NCBI GenBank assembly: GCA_963771465.1
Contig: CAVYTU010000013.1
Coordinates: forward strand, 128,001-192,000
DNA from: an uncultured delta proteobacterium
Lineage (GTDB): Bacteria > Desulfobacterota > Binatia > UBA9968
DNA: 64,000 nucleotides
Direction: 5' to 3'
The notes under the pieces are model-generated. The model made no database searches. It was not told the origin of the DNA and saw only the letters and a list, made by a program, of their open reading frames with translations. A program made the position numbers and the translations under genes. This document shows, piece after piece, positions 1-9,471 of the stretch (position 1 is its first letter; every line of letters starts with the position of its first letter).

Positions 1-193
1 CATCCGGTGAATGTTAGCTCAATATATTGTGCCGACCCACCTGTGGGTCCACAATATACAGAAAAAAGCGGTCAACGGAAAGACAAATTTTGCGTTTTTT
101 TCTTAATTTGACCTGATATTTGCTAGGGCGTTTGTCTTGTGGGCGGGTCGGTTGAACGGCTGTTGCCAGCTCCAATCTGCTAATCTCTTCTCT

Positions 194-736
194 TCAAGCT
201 AGCGGTTTCCTGCCGTCGGGGACGGTGACGTCGAATGCGTTGAGGGTCATCGCGACCATGGCATAAAAACCGATGGCGCTGACGAGCTCGACCATGCGTT
301 GCTCGTCAAACATTTCCATGCCGCGCTTAAAAGTTGCTGCTGACAGGGTGTGCGTTGTATTTAGCTCCAGAGTGATATCGTAAACCAACCGTTCGTCTTC
401 GCGCGAAAAATCAGGGGTGCGCCGTGCGCGGATGGCTTCGACGATGTCGGGCGCGATACCGTGCTGCAGCGCATGGGGTTCATGGATGTGCCATGCGTAC
501 TGAGCGTTGGCGAAACGCGCCGCCACCAAGATCATCAATTGCACCAAGCGTCGTTCGAGTTTGACCCGCGAAGCGAACATGTCTTGGAGCTTGAGAGCAC
601 CTTCGCCGAGCTCAGCATTGCGTAGCCAGACCGCGAACGGCCCGCGCACCCCGCCGCGTACGCGCTTGATGTCATCGTAGATTTTTCGTTGCTCGCTAGA
701 GAGCGTGCTTTCATCCAGTTCGGGCAGGCGTCCCAT
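194..736 (-). CDS. Carboxymuconolactone decarboxylase / AhpD-like family protein
   Basis: GPFAVWLR...ILVAAR...YAWHIH...ELVSAIGFY pattern typical of CMD-family proteins. Confidence 0.8.
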   Translation of the reverse strand: MGRLPELDESTLSSEQRKIYDDIKRVRGGVRGPFAVWLRNAELGEGALKLQDMFASRVKLERRLVQLMILVAARFANAQYAWHIHEPHALQHGIAPDIVEAIRARRTPDFSREDERLVYDITLELNTTHTLSAATFKRGMEMFDEQRMVELVSAIGFYAMVAMTLNAFDVTVPDGRKPLA

Positions 737-745
737 GGGGCTTCC

Positions 746-815
746 CTCGTGTTCGTGGTTCGTGCTCGTGTTACGTGTTGGTAATTTCTACCGCGATCAC
801 GATCACGAACACGAT
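746..815. repeat. Inverted hexamer repeat array (NTCGTG)n ... (CACGAN)n
   Basis: ctcgtg/ttcgtg units at 746-777 face cacgat/cacgaa units at 792-815; intergenic and hairpin-forming. Confidence 0.7.
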
Positions 816-818
816 TTG

Positions 819-1682
819 TCAGTTCCGCCCGCTCAATTTCCGCCCCTGGTCGAGCACGCCGAAAGAGCGCGGTGAGGATGGCATCAGAAAACGAAAGCCG
901 CTGGCGACCAGGCGCTCGATGTTTTTCGCATCGGGATGGGGATGGCCGCAGGGGATGTTGTGCTCTTTGCAGATTCTTAAAATATTATTGATCGCATCGG
1001 CGACCACCGGATGATCGTAGTCGCGCGGATGGCCCAATTCTTGGCTCAAGTCGCCTTCGCCGATCAGGACGACGCCGATGCCGGGGACTTCTTTTAAAAT
1101 TTTCGGCAGATTGTCGATGGCGCGGGTCTCCTCGCACTGGATGATGACGAGAATTTCGCCGTCCGGCGCGAGCGGCCAGACGTCGGCGCGCTTGTAATAT
1201 TCCTGCTGCGTGATGCCCCAATAGCGCGCGGCCCGAGCCGGCGCGTCGCCGCGGATGCCCGGCGGACTGTAATGCGGCGCGCTGGCGAGACGGGGATAGC
1301 GGCAGGCGCTGACGGCATTGGCCGCTTCTTCGACTGAACTCACATGGGGAAAGATGATGCCGAACACGCCGATGTCGAGCACCTGCTTGGCGATCCAGCT
1401 ATTCATTTCGATTCCGTTGGGAGGAATGCGCACCATCGGTGTCACCGCCGGCGCGAGGGTGGCGCGCTCGACGAGCTGTCCACGATCGAGCATGAATTGC
1501 AACGCGTTGCGCAATCCCGGAAAATCGAGTGGCGCGTGCTCCATTTCAAAGGCGACGCCGTCGAGCTTGGTCCCCGCCATCGCGACGGCGTTCTCGAGAT
1601 CGACGGGTGTGAAGGCGACGAAGGCGGTTTGGCCTTGCTCCAAGGCTTTGATTACTCCGTTGAGCCGAGGTATGTCTGCCAT
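819..1682 (-). CDS. HpcH/HpaI aldolase/citrate lyase family protein
   Basis: FEMEH, VRIP, KQVLDIG and IGEGDLS motifs; ATG 1682 preceded by AAGGAG. Confidence 0.88.
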   Translation of the reverse strand: MADIPRLNGVIKALEQGQTAFVAFTPVDLENAVAMAGTKLDGVAFEMEHAPLDFPGLRNALQFMLDRGQLVERATLAPAVTPMVRIPPNGIEMNSWIAKQVLDIGVFGIIFPHVSSVEEAANAVSACRYPRLASAPHYSPPGIRGDAPARAARYWGITQQEYYKRADVWPLAPDGEILVIIQCEETRAIDNLPKILKEVPGIGVVLIGEGDLSQELGHPRDYDHPVVADAINNILRICKEHNIPCGHPHPDAKNIERLVASGFRFLMPSSPRSFGVLDQGRKLSGRN

Positions 1683-1804
1683 AAGTATTTGCTCCTTTTC
1701 TAAATACGATTGCAGATGCGAAGGTTGGTATAGCAAAGGGTTTTGGAGCTGACAATCGACGCCCATGGCAAAGACTTAATTACGAATCATAGGAGGCGAC
1801 AGTC

Positions 1805-2809
1805 ATGATCATCGATGCCCATACTCATTTCACCACGGCGCCACCGCAGTTGCAGGCGTACCGCGGCCATCAGATAAGCAACCTTGCCAAGCCGATTCGC
1901 GCCAATTTGCAGATCAGCGACGAGGAGTTGGCGCACTCGATGGCGGGACAATTCAAACGGATGGCGGATTGCGGCATCGACCGGCTGTTGTTTTCGCCCC
2001 AGGCCGGGGCGATGGGGCATCATTTCGGCTCCCCGCTGGTCAGCCGCTACTGGACCGAAGCGTGCAACGATTTGATTGCGCGAGTCGCCAAGACATGGCC
2101 CGACAAAGTGTCGCCGGTGTGCCAACTGCCGCAGTCGCCGGGAGTGAGTCCGAAAGAATGGGCCGACGAACTCGATCGCTGCGTGAAAGATCTCGGTTTC
2201 GTCAGCTGCAACGTCAATCCCGATGTCGCCGGCGGGCGCGAGCCGATGACTCCCTCCATGGGCAGCGAGTGGTGGTATCCGCTGTGGGAAAAATTGGTTG
2301 CCCTCGACGTGCCGTGCACGGTGCACGCCAGCGCCTCGCTCAATCCGGCGATGCATCTGACCAATGCCTATTACATCGCGCACCATAATTCGGCGGCCGT
2401 CGAGATTCTCAAGTCGCAAGTGTTCAAAGATTTTCCCAAACTAAAAATCATCATCCCGCACGGCGGCGGCGCGATTCCTTTTCAATGGAACCGCCAGCGC
2501 GGCATGCACGTGAAAGAAGGCTTGGAGCCGTTCGAAGAAGCGGCGCGCCGGGTGTATTGGGATATGGCGATCTACGACAAGGAGTCGATGGAGCTGTTGA
2601 TCAAGCGCGTCGGCGCCGACAAAGTCTTGTTCGCCACCGAAATGTTCGGCGCGGTCAACGCCATCGATCCGAAGACGGGGAGAAACTTCGAAGACCTCGT
2701 GCCGATCTTCCAGTCCATCGACTGGCTCAGCGACGAAGAGCGCTACAACATCACCGAAGGCAACGCGAGGAAAGTGTTTTCGCGGATGTTTGCACAGACG
2801 AAAACTTAG
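1805..2809 (+). CDS. ligJ: Amidohydrolase_2 family, LigJ-like 4-oxalomesaconate hydratase
   Basis: MIIDAHTHFTTAP N-terminus, CQLPQSPG, IIPHGGG and FATEMFGAV..IDPKTG resemble LigJ; AGGAGG RBS. Confidence 0.7.
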   Translation: MIIDAHTHFTTAPPQLQAYRGHQISNLAKPIRANLQISDEELAHSMAGQFKRMADCGIDRLLFSPQAGAMGHHFGSPLVSRYWTEACNDLIARVAKTWPDKVSPVCQLPQSPGVSPKEWADELDRCVKDLGFVSCNVNPDVAGGREPMTPSMGSEWWYPLWEKLVALDVPCTVHASASLNPAMHLTNAYYIAHHNSAAVEILKSQVFKDFPKLKIIIPHGGGAIPFQWNRQRGMHVKEGLEPFEEAARRVYWDMAIYDKESMELLIKRVGADKVLFATEMFGAVNAIDPKTGRNFEDLVPIFQSIDWLSDEERYNITEGNARKVFSRMFAQTKT

Positions 2810-2971
2810 TCCCTGGCGGATTACGTTGGGGCGGAGAATTGGCGCGGGCGCAATTCGGAATTCGGAAACTCAGATTCAGCTTGACGAGCAGGATAGATTG
2901 GCACGGCGAATCATGACGGCTTGTCCGGGCGCCCGTTACTTCGCCGTAGGCTCAACGTTTTGCAAGAGAAG

Positions 2972-3823
2972 CTATTGCAAGTTCTTATGAAAAAAATTTC
3001 CTACCCGGCTCTGGTAATCGGCAGCTAACTGACCATGGGCAAATCCCTCGTGGAACCAAAATTCGGCGCGGGGGTTATTTTTCAGCGCTGCTTGCAACGA
3101 CTGCGCGTGGGAAAAGGGGATCACAGCGTCCGCCGACGAATGGATCAAGAGAATCGGCACCGAAGTATTGCGCACTCGTTCCGCTGGTGAGACATCGCTC
3201 AGGTCGATGCCAAGGAAAAGCTTGGCCCACAAACCGACAAGATAGGCGACGGGATAGTTGAGCAAGGGTATTCTGAAAAGCTCCAACGCCATGTGCGCGA
3301 GATTGGCGTAACTCGCTTCGGCGATGACCGCTTTGATCTCGGGAGCTTTCTCGATGGCCATCAAAGCCACGGCGCCGCCCATGGAAAATCCCCACACGCC
3401 CACTTCTCTGACCCCTCTCGTTTTGAGAAATTGTACGGCCGCTAGGAGATCCTCGACCTCTTTGGCGCCGGCAGTGGAATAGCTACCCTCGCTTCGGCCC
3501 AGATAGCGGAAATCGAACAACAGGAGATTGAAATCTCCATGCAGAAACGCCAACCCAGGCAAGATATCTCCCTTGTCCGCGGGATAGCCGTGCAGCAGGA
3601 TTAGAGTCTTGTCGGTCGTTTTGGCGGATGGGATATGCCAGCCATGCAGCGTGAGGCCGTCCGCTGTTCTAAACGACACGTCCTGGTAACCCATCTTTAA
3701 ATCGCCCGGAGTGAGCGGAGAAATAATCTTCGGTGGGCGAATCGAAGCATAAAATCCCCAAAGGCTGATAACGATCAGAAATCCTAAGACGATAAGGACG
3801 ACGCGGAGCAGGGTTGCGCTCAC
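2972..3823 (-). CDS. Membrane-anchored alpha/beta hydrolase
   Basis: N-terminal TM helix, HGY oxyanion motif, GFSMG nucleophile elbow, D and H triad residues. Confidence 0.88.
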   Translation of the reverse strand: MSATLLRVVLIVLGFLIVISLWGFYASIRPPKIISPLTPGDLKMGYQDVSFRTADGLTLHGWHIPSAKTTDKTLILLHGYPADKGDILPGLAFLHGDFNLLLFDFRYLGRSEGSYSTAGAKEVEDLLAAVQFLKTRGVREVGVWGFSMGGAVALMAIEKAPEIKAVIAEASYANLAHMALELFRIPLLNYPVAYLVGLWAKLFLGIDLSDVSPAERVRNTSVPILLIHSSADAVIPFSHAQSLQAALKNNPRAEFWFHEGFAHGQLAADYQSRVGNFFHKNLQ

Positions 3824-3856
3824 GGGAAACTCATTGGCGTGAAAAATTTTTGCCCA

Positions 3857-4225
3857 TCAATGCGGCCAGCCGTGTTGAGATAGGTCGATGGGATTGCCGT
3901 CAGGGTCGAGGACTCGGTATTCGGCTTCGCGGTTGGGCGGACGCTTGTTGACGCCGGTGGCGGCGTTTAAGTTCTTGCACGCTTCGCGCACCGCGGCGAC
4001 GTCTTCGACTTCGAAACCGAAGTGATTGATGCCCGTCTGCAATTGCGGCCCTTCGATTTCCCGCTCCGGTCCGATCGGGATGATCGCTAAGTTGATATGC
4101 CCGTCGGTCAGATAAGTCGCCGTGCCGATGCCGTGGACGATCTTCAGCCCGAATCCCTCGGTGTAAAACTTCACCAGCTTCTCCACGTCTTCGGTCAGTA
4201 TCGCGATATGACGGATGCGCGCCAT
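3857..4225 (-). CDS. VOC/glyoxalase family protein
   Basis: IRHIAI...NHFGFEVED...DPDGNPIDL; ATG 4225 with AAGGAG. Confidence 0.88.
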   Translation of the reverse strand: MARIRHIAILTEDVEKLVKFYTEGFGLKIVHGIGTATYLTDGHINLAIIPIGPEREIEGPQLQTGINHFGFEVEDVAAVREACKNLNAATGVNKRPPNREAEYRVLDPDGNPIDLSQHGWPH

Positions 4226-4269
4226 GCCTGTACTCCTTATTAAGCGGGCAGAGCTATGAGTTTTTGAGA

Positions 4270-5256
4270 TCAAAACTTCAACCCCTCGGCAAATTTTTCC
4301 TGCTTCAACCGTTCAATAATCGAGCCGTCGGCGAATTCTTTGGGGTCGCGTTTGGCGGCGTCGGGGTATTCTTTGCCGAAGTTTTCCAGGATGAGCTTGA
4401 TGCCATCGAACGTTGGGGCGATGTAGTCCGGCATCAGTGAAGAGACGAAGTCGAACTCGGTGGCGATCAGTTTGGGATCGTTGATCTTCATGTACTTGGC
4501 GATGATGCGTTCGCTGTCGGCGCGGCTGCGCTTCAACGTGACGATCGCTTCGGTGGCGCATTTCATGTAGCGGTAGGCGAGTTCGCGGTTCTTCAACAGC
4601 CAGGTTTCTTCGACCACCACCGAAGTCCACGGGAAAGGTATCGCCATTTGCTGGGCGTTCGACAAAACCCGAAAACCCAACGCGCGGGCGTTGTCGGTGG
4701 CGGCGGCGCCGAGAAAAGTGTACTGGATCGTGCCGGCTTTCAAAGCGGCGACTCGGCTTGAGTCGGCGCCCATCTGGAGCATTTTCAAATCGCGGTCGAC
4801 GTTCAAGCCATTCTTGCGAAACAAATAGCGGAAGCCCTGGTCGGTGGAGGAGCCGAAGCGCGAGATGCCGGCAAATTTGCCGGCCATGTCGGGGATCGAT
4901 TTAATGTCGGGATGGACGATTAGATTCGACGCCAGCCATGGCAACGGATTGCCTAAGATCGTCAGCTTGATGCCGCGTAACCGCGCTTCGATCGATACCG
5001 GCCCGCCGCCGGCGATCTGCACGCTGCCGCCAAGCAGAGCGGCGATGTTCATGGTGCCGCTGTTGATGTAAAGCAGCTCGCCTTCGAGGCCGTGCTTGGC
5101 GAAGATGCCACGGTCTTGGGCGACCCAGAGAAAAGCTTGGGTGGCGTTGACCGCCGAGTAGGAAATGCGCAGCTTGTCGGCGCCGGCGGCGTCGCGGATC
5201 GGAGCAAAGACGGCGATCAAGGTCAGCAGCGCTAAGTGCAATTTGCGATTCATCAT
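4270..5256 (-). CDS. ABC substrate-binding protein, NMT1/SsuA/THI5 family
   Basis: Signal peptide, GIFAKHGL, GISRFGSSTD. Confidence 0.85.
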   Translation of the reverse strand: MMNRKLHLALLTLIAVFAPIRDAAGADKLRISYSAVNATQAFLWVAQDRGIFAKHGLEGELLYINSGTMNIAALLGGSVQIAGGGPVSIEARLRGIKLTILGNPLPWLASNLIVHPDIKSIPDMAGKFAGISRFGSSTDQGFRYLFRKNGLNVDRDLKMLQMGADSSRVAALKAGTIQYTFLGAAATDNARALGFRVLSNAQQMAIPFPWTSVVVEETWLLKNRELAYRYMKCATEAIVTLKRSRADSERIIAKYMKINDPKLIATEFDFVSSLMPDYIAPTFDGIKLILENFGKEYPDAAKRDPKEFADGSIIERLKQEKFAEGLKF

Positions 5257-5347
5257 GACCGATGGGATACAGCGCTTCAGCCGCCAAGGTCAAGGGATTG
5301 TATTGCGGCATGATGCTGATTTATAAACCAGTAGGAGGAAAGTTTTC

Positions 5348-5758
5348 ATGGCAACCCATTGGTTATTCAAGACCGAACCGAGTGTTTATTCTTACCAGCA
5401 ACTGGTGAAAGACAAATCGACCATGTGGGACGGCGTGGCGAATAATCTCGCGCTGATGCATCTCAAGGACATCAAAAAAGGCGATCAAATTTTTATTTAT
5501 CACACCGGCGACGAAAAACAGGCAGTGGGAATCGCGCGGGCGTTGGGTGGCGCATATTCCGATCCCGGCAAGGACAATCCGCGCATGCTGGTCGTCGACA
5601 TCGAGCCGGTGAAAGCTTTGGCCAAGCCGGTGACCTTGGCGGAAGTCAAAGCGGACAAGAAGCTGGCCAAATTCGATCTCGTGCGTAATTCGCGCCTGTC
5701 GATCATGAAGCTCACAGAAGAGCAGTGGGACGCGATGATGGAAATGTCGAAGAAGTGA
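5348..5758 (+). CDS. EVE domain protein
   Basis: HWLFKTEP...WDGV.N...GDQIFIYHTG...SRLSI; AGGAGG RBS. Confidence 0.92.
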   Translation: MATHWLFKTEPSVYSYQQLVKDKSTMWDGVANNLALMHLKDIKKGDQIFIYHTGDEKQAVGIARALGGAYSDPGKDNPRMLVVDIEPVKALAKPVTLAEVKADKKLAKFDLVRNSRLSIMKLTEEQWDAMMEMSKK

Positions 5759-5761
5759 TGC

Positions 5762-5789
5762 AGGCAATAGGCATTAGGCAATAGGCAAC
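5762..5789. repeat. Heptamer tandem repeat (AGGCAAT)x4
   Basis: AGGCAAT AGGCATT AGGCAAT AGGCAAC in the intergenic space. Confidence 0.75.
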
Positions 5790-5809
5790 AGTAAGAAGGA
5801 AAGAGACAA

Positions 5810-6865
5810 ATGGCGGACGAACATAAACACGAACATAAGGGTGAGCATTCGCACGGCCATGAGCACGAGGCTCACGGCGATAAGCACGGTCATGAACATC
5901 ATGACGACAAACAGGGTCATTCCCATGGGCACGACGCGCACGGCCACGACCACGGTCACGAGTCTGACCACTCCCACGAGCATGATGCGCATGCTCACGA
6001 ACACGGCCACGAACACGCGCATGCGGAGGAACACGGGCATAAACACGATCACGATCATTCCCACGGACACGATCACAAGACGCGCTTTCACGATCCGGCG
6101 CACGCGGCGGAATTCGACCAGCGTGGCATGTCGGACATGCGCAGTCACTTGACGACTAAGTTGATCGAAGCGCTGACGCTCAAAGGCGATGAACTGATTC
6201 TCGACGTGGCGACCGGCACGGGGCGTGTGGCGCGTCCGTTGTCCAAAGCGGTTGCCAGCGGCCGCATCGTCGGCGTCGATGAAGCGATGGCGATGCTCGA
6301 CGTCGGCCATCAGCACAAAGATCCCATCGCGCACTACGCACAAAGCGCCGGCGAAGCGGACAAGCTGCCATTTAAAACCGGCACGTTCGATCGCGCTTTC
6401 GTGTCGTTCAGCTTGCACCACTTCGGCAATCCCGCCGGCGTCGTCGCCGAAGTCTTGCGGGTGCTCAAGAACAGCGGGCGGTTCGTCGTGCTCGATCCGA
6501 TTATCGAAGAGGCCAAAGACAGCGTCGATATCGCCCTTGAGGCAAAAATCAATCAGGTCTTCCGCCGCACCCACGGCGACGCCTTTCGATTTCACACGGC
6601 GAACAGCATTCAACGCTTGCTGACCAAAGCCGGTTACCGCGTGCCGCGCACCAGCGTGCTTTCTTATCCGTTCAATCAAGAAGGCATGGACGGTATTCCG
6701 ACCGGACCTCACTGGCTCGAAGCCGCGTTAGAATTGGAAACGGAAGCGCCGGAGCTTGCCGAACGCATGAAGAAAAACTATTTCACCTGGCACTCCCACG
6801 GCGATCACGCGCACGTGAAGGGAAGTTTTTCTTACGCGCTGATCACCGGCGTGAAGCCGGCGTGA
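5810..6865 (+). CDS. Class I SAM-dependent methyltransferase with a long His-rich N-terminal extension
   Basis: About 36 His in the first ~90 aa, then ILDVATGTG, LPF...FD, SLHHF and EVLRVLK motifs. Confidence 0.88.
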   Translation: MADEHKHEHKGEHSHGHEHEAHGDKHGHEHHDDKQGHSHGHDAHGHDHGHESDHSHEHDAHAHEHGHEHAHAEEHGHKHDHDHSHGHDHKTRFHDPAHAAEFDQRGMSDMRSHLTTKLIEALTLKGDELILDVATGTGRVARPLSKAVASGRIVGVDEAMAMLDVGHQHKDPIAHYAQSAGEADKLPFKTGTFDRAFVSFSLHHFGNPAGVVAEVLRVLKNSGRFVVLDPIIEEAKDSVDIALEAKINQVFRRTHGDAFRFHTANSIQRLLTKAGYRVPRTSVLSYPFNQEGMDGIPTGPHWLEAALELETEAPELAERMKKNYFTWHSHGDHAHVKGSFSYALITGVKPA

Positions 6866-6874
6866 AAAAAGTTT

Positions 6875-6927
6875 TGAGTGCTGAGCGATGAGTGCTGAGG
6901 TGGACTCAGGACTCAGGACTCAGGACT
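6875..6927. repeat. Inverted heptamer repeat array (TGAGTGC)n / (GGACTCA)n
   Basis: TGAGTGC TGAGCGA TGAGTGC TGAG followed by GGACTCA x3 + GGACT; the arms are near reverse complements. Confidence 0.8.
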
Positions 6928-6956
6928 TTTTCCCGCTAATGACAGGAGCACCAACT

Positions 6957-7217
6957 GTGGCTAAAGCTGACTTCCGAACTTTCTATCGCGACGCCCACGC
7001 GGTTACTTGTTTAACTGACAGAGAGAAGATGCTCATGGGATTGGCCGTAGCCATGATGCGGCTCTGCGATCCGTGAGTTGAGCGGCGCCTTGCGGACGCA
7101 AGGAAAGCGGGGATGACGGAAGAAGAGTTGGACGCTGCGGTCGACGTGATTGCCGCGGTGGATGCGGGAGTGCTGGAATCGCTGAATCAGCGGGTAAAGC
7201 AGCGAAACAAGATGTAA
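6957..7217 (+). CDS. AhpD/CMD-like selenoprotein (CxxU motif; UGA at 7074-7076)
   Basis: CAGGAG RBS and GTG start; LTDREKMLMGLAVA..RLC-D-P-[TGA]-VERRLADARKAGMTEEEL stays in frame to TAA 7217; hairpin CCTTGC-GGAC-GCAAGG at 7088-7103. Confidence 0.85.
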
Positions 7218-7434
7218 CGAGACGGTTGTGGACTACATGGGGACTACAATATGACGTAGAACTATGGTTCCTGCCAAGGTTCGACCAATTTTACCTCAAT
7301 GCGACGCCGGTCAAATTAGAACCCGGTACAAAGGCTTGGACCGAAGATTGTCGAGCCTCAACCTCTCCTTGTAAAGAGTGGAGATTGTTGATTGCGGGCG
7401 GCTTTTGCAGACATGAATATCGATGTTTAGCGCG

Positions 7435-7824
7435 ATGAAAACGTACTGCGGGAGTTGCCATTGCGGAAAGATCAAATTCGAAGTCGATGCCGAGATTGAC
7501 TATGTTCGAGTGTGCGACTGCTCCATCTGTCGCCAAAGAGGTGCGCTCATTCATCGTGTTCCAAGAGAAAGCCTGCGGCTATTAACTCCTTGGAAAGAGC
7601 TGGTCTGTTATCAATGGGGGTCTCGAACTGCAATGGATTATTTTTGCCCAACATGTGGCATTGTCCCTTTCCGACGCCCAAGCGATCCAACGCCGCAAGA
7701 ACTGAAAGAAGGGATACTCCCCTTTGATGGTTGGGCCGTGAACGTAAGGTGTTTGGAAGGCGTAGATCTCGAATCTATTCCAATCAAGTCTATCTATGGC
7801 AGCAAAATCCAACTTGGCGTCTAA
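7435..7824 (+). CDS. GFA (CENP-V/Mss4-like) family protein
   Basis: GSCHCG...CDCSIC...FCPTCG...AVNVRCL. Confidence 0.9.
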   Translation: MKTYCGSCHCGKIKFEVDAEIDYVRVCDCSICRQRGALIHRVPRESLRLLTPWKELVCYQWGSRTAMDYFCPTCGIVPFRRPSDPTPQELKEGILPFDGWAVNVRCLEGVDLESIPIKSIYGSKIQLGV

Positions 7825-7897
7825 CAAACTAATCCACCCGGACGCGGTATTGACGCGGCTGTTGTTGTAATCGCGGCCGTGGACGAGGGCGTTTTTC
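7819..7897 (+). other. Degenerate attC-like site
   Basis: GTCTAAC (RYYYAAC) contains the GFA stop codon; TCCAC...GTGGA inner inverted boxes; degenerate GTT core at 7891. Confidence 0.35.
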
Positions 7898-7913
7898 AGT
7901 CGCTCAATTTCTT

Positions 7914-8540
7914 ATGAAGCTCTATATCACCCCGGGCTCTCCCTATGCGCGCATCGCACGAGTCGTAGTTCTCGAGAAGGGATTGGAAAGCCGAGTCGAA
8001 ATCATCGGAGCACAGACACGTCGTGCGGACAGTCCGTACTACAGTGTCAATCCATCGGGTCGTGTCCCGTATCTCATCCGCAACGACAGCGTCGGACTGG
8101 AAGATTCCGCAGTCATCTGCGCTTACCTCGACCATCTCGACGGCAACCCGCTCTTCGATTTGCCGGCCGGTGATCAGGGGTGGGAGGCACGACGGCTCGA
8201 GGCCCTGGCGAGAAGCATGTTGGACGGTCTCGCAGTTTGGGGCCGTGAGATCGTGCGGCCTCAGAACGAGCAATCGCCCACAGTCCTACAACACGAAGCA
8301 CAACGTAGCGAACGAATGGCTGACCTCTGGGAGGTAGAAATCGAGCATCCGCTGATGCGCGGCGCACTCAACCTCGCGCAGATCACGCTCGCCTGTGCTC
8401 TCGGGTTCGAAGCTCGCATTCCCGATCTTCATTGGCGGCCAGGGCATCCGAAGTTGAGCGATTGGTTCGGTTACATCGGATCACGCCCGTCGATCGCAGC
8501 GACTGCGCCACCGAGTGCAATATTGGCACTTCGGTCGTAG
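7914..8540 (+). CDS. Glutathione S-transferase family protein
   Basis: SPYAR, NPSGRVPYL and DSAVICAYLD motifs. Confidence 0.92.
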   Translation: MKLYITPGSPYARIARVVVLEKGLESRVEIIGAQTRRADSPYYSVNPSGRVPYLIRNDSVGLEDSAVICAYLDHLDGNPLFDLPAGDQGWEARRLEALARSMLDGLAVWGREIVRPQNEQSPTVLQHEAQRSERMADLWEVEIEHPLMRGALNLAQITLACALGFEARIPDLHWRPGHPKLSDWFGYIGSRPSIAATAPPSAILALRS

Positions 8541-8693
8541 ATTGGCTTTCGGTAGGCGACTTCAAGCTTTTTTAAGCGGCTGAGTACGGGTTATCCAAAC
8601 GCTGTGCAAGACGGCGGAGACGACAGCCCCAATAGGCTCTTGGACCACAACCGGGTGCTGGACGCACTCAGTAGTAAATTATACGCTAGTGGC

Positions 8694-9185
8694 ATGAATC
8701 GGCGAGAACTTGTTGTGAACGGATTGCTTCTGGCGGGAGCGTTTTCCTTGTCTCCGGCTCACTCGTTAGGCGCTGGCGGCCATGTTTACAAACTGGCACC
8801 AGTGTCGATGCTTCCAGAGGGTTTGAGAAATACTCCTTCGGAAATCCGGGACGCTTATCGCTTCGCTGTCCTCAATCGAGAAACGCTCCGCTACATTCCT
8901 TGTTACTGCGGCTGCGTCAACGACGGCCACACAAGTAATGCATCATGCTATGTAAAGGACAAATCGCCGCCAGACAAACCCGAATTCGACCCCATGAGCA
9001 TTGGTTGAAAAATCTGTATAGGCATCACGCGTGACGTGATGAAGATGATGGATGAAGGCAAAAGATTGAAAGACATCCGAACGTACATCGAGAAGACGTA
9101 CAGTCACAACGGACCGTCGACTCCGACTCCACCCGTTCCTGGGGACTCGATCAAGATTAACGAGGTTTGGTTAAAACGAAAGTGA
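8694..9185 (+). CDS. PCYCGC-motif exported protein, selenoprotein form (UxxC; UGA at 9006-9008)
   Basis: Tat-like MNRRELV signal; IPCYCGC; frame continues G-[TGA]-KICIGITRDV...IRTYIEKTYS.GPSTPTP to TGA 9185; hairpin CATCACG-CGTGA-CGTGATG at 9023-9041. Confidence 0.85.
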
Positions 9186-9192
9186 GGAAGTC

Positions 9193-9462
9193 ATGAAAAA
9201 GATTCTTTTTGGACTTATCGTGGGCATGCTGGTCGCCTCGGCAGTGGGCGCGTATCAGGCCGAAGAGCATAAGAGCGGTTCTCCAATGGGTGGAATGATG
9301 CAGGGGATGAAGGGAATGATGGGAGAGCAAAAGCCGGGTGAGCAGTCGCAGGACATGATGCAAGGTATGAAGGAAATGATGACCAGGATGACGAAGATGA
9401 TGGATATTTGCAGCCAGATGATGGGCAACAGCTCAGATCGGCAGCCCTCAGAAAAGAAATAA
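9193..9462 (+). CDS. Met-rich periplasmic protein (possible Cu/Ag binding)
   Basis: Signal peptide followed by MGGMMQGMKGMMG / MMTRMTKMMDIC.QMM. Confidence 0.7.
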   Translation: MKKILFGLIVGMLVASAVGAYQAEEHKSGSPMGGMMQGMKGMMGEQKPGEQSQDMMQGMKEMMTRMTKMMDICSQMMGNSSDRQPSEKK

Positions 9463-9471
9463 CCCGTTGTT

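Noticed and set aside
5774-6712. 312-aa antisense ORF
   Set aside because: Shadow of the His-rich methyltransferase; CAY repeats read as Met/Val on the opposite strand.
6875-6927. Possible CRISPR-like array
   Set aside because: 7-bp units with no spacers, and no cas genes in the window.
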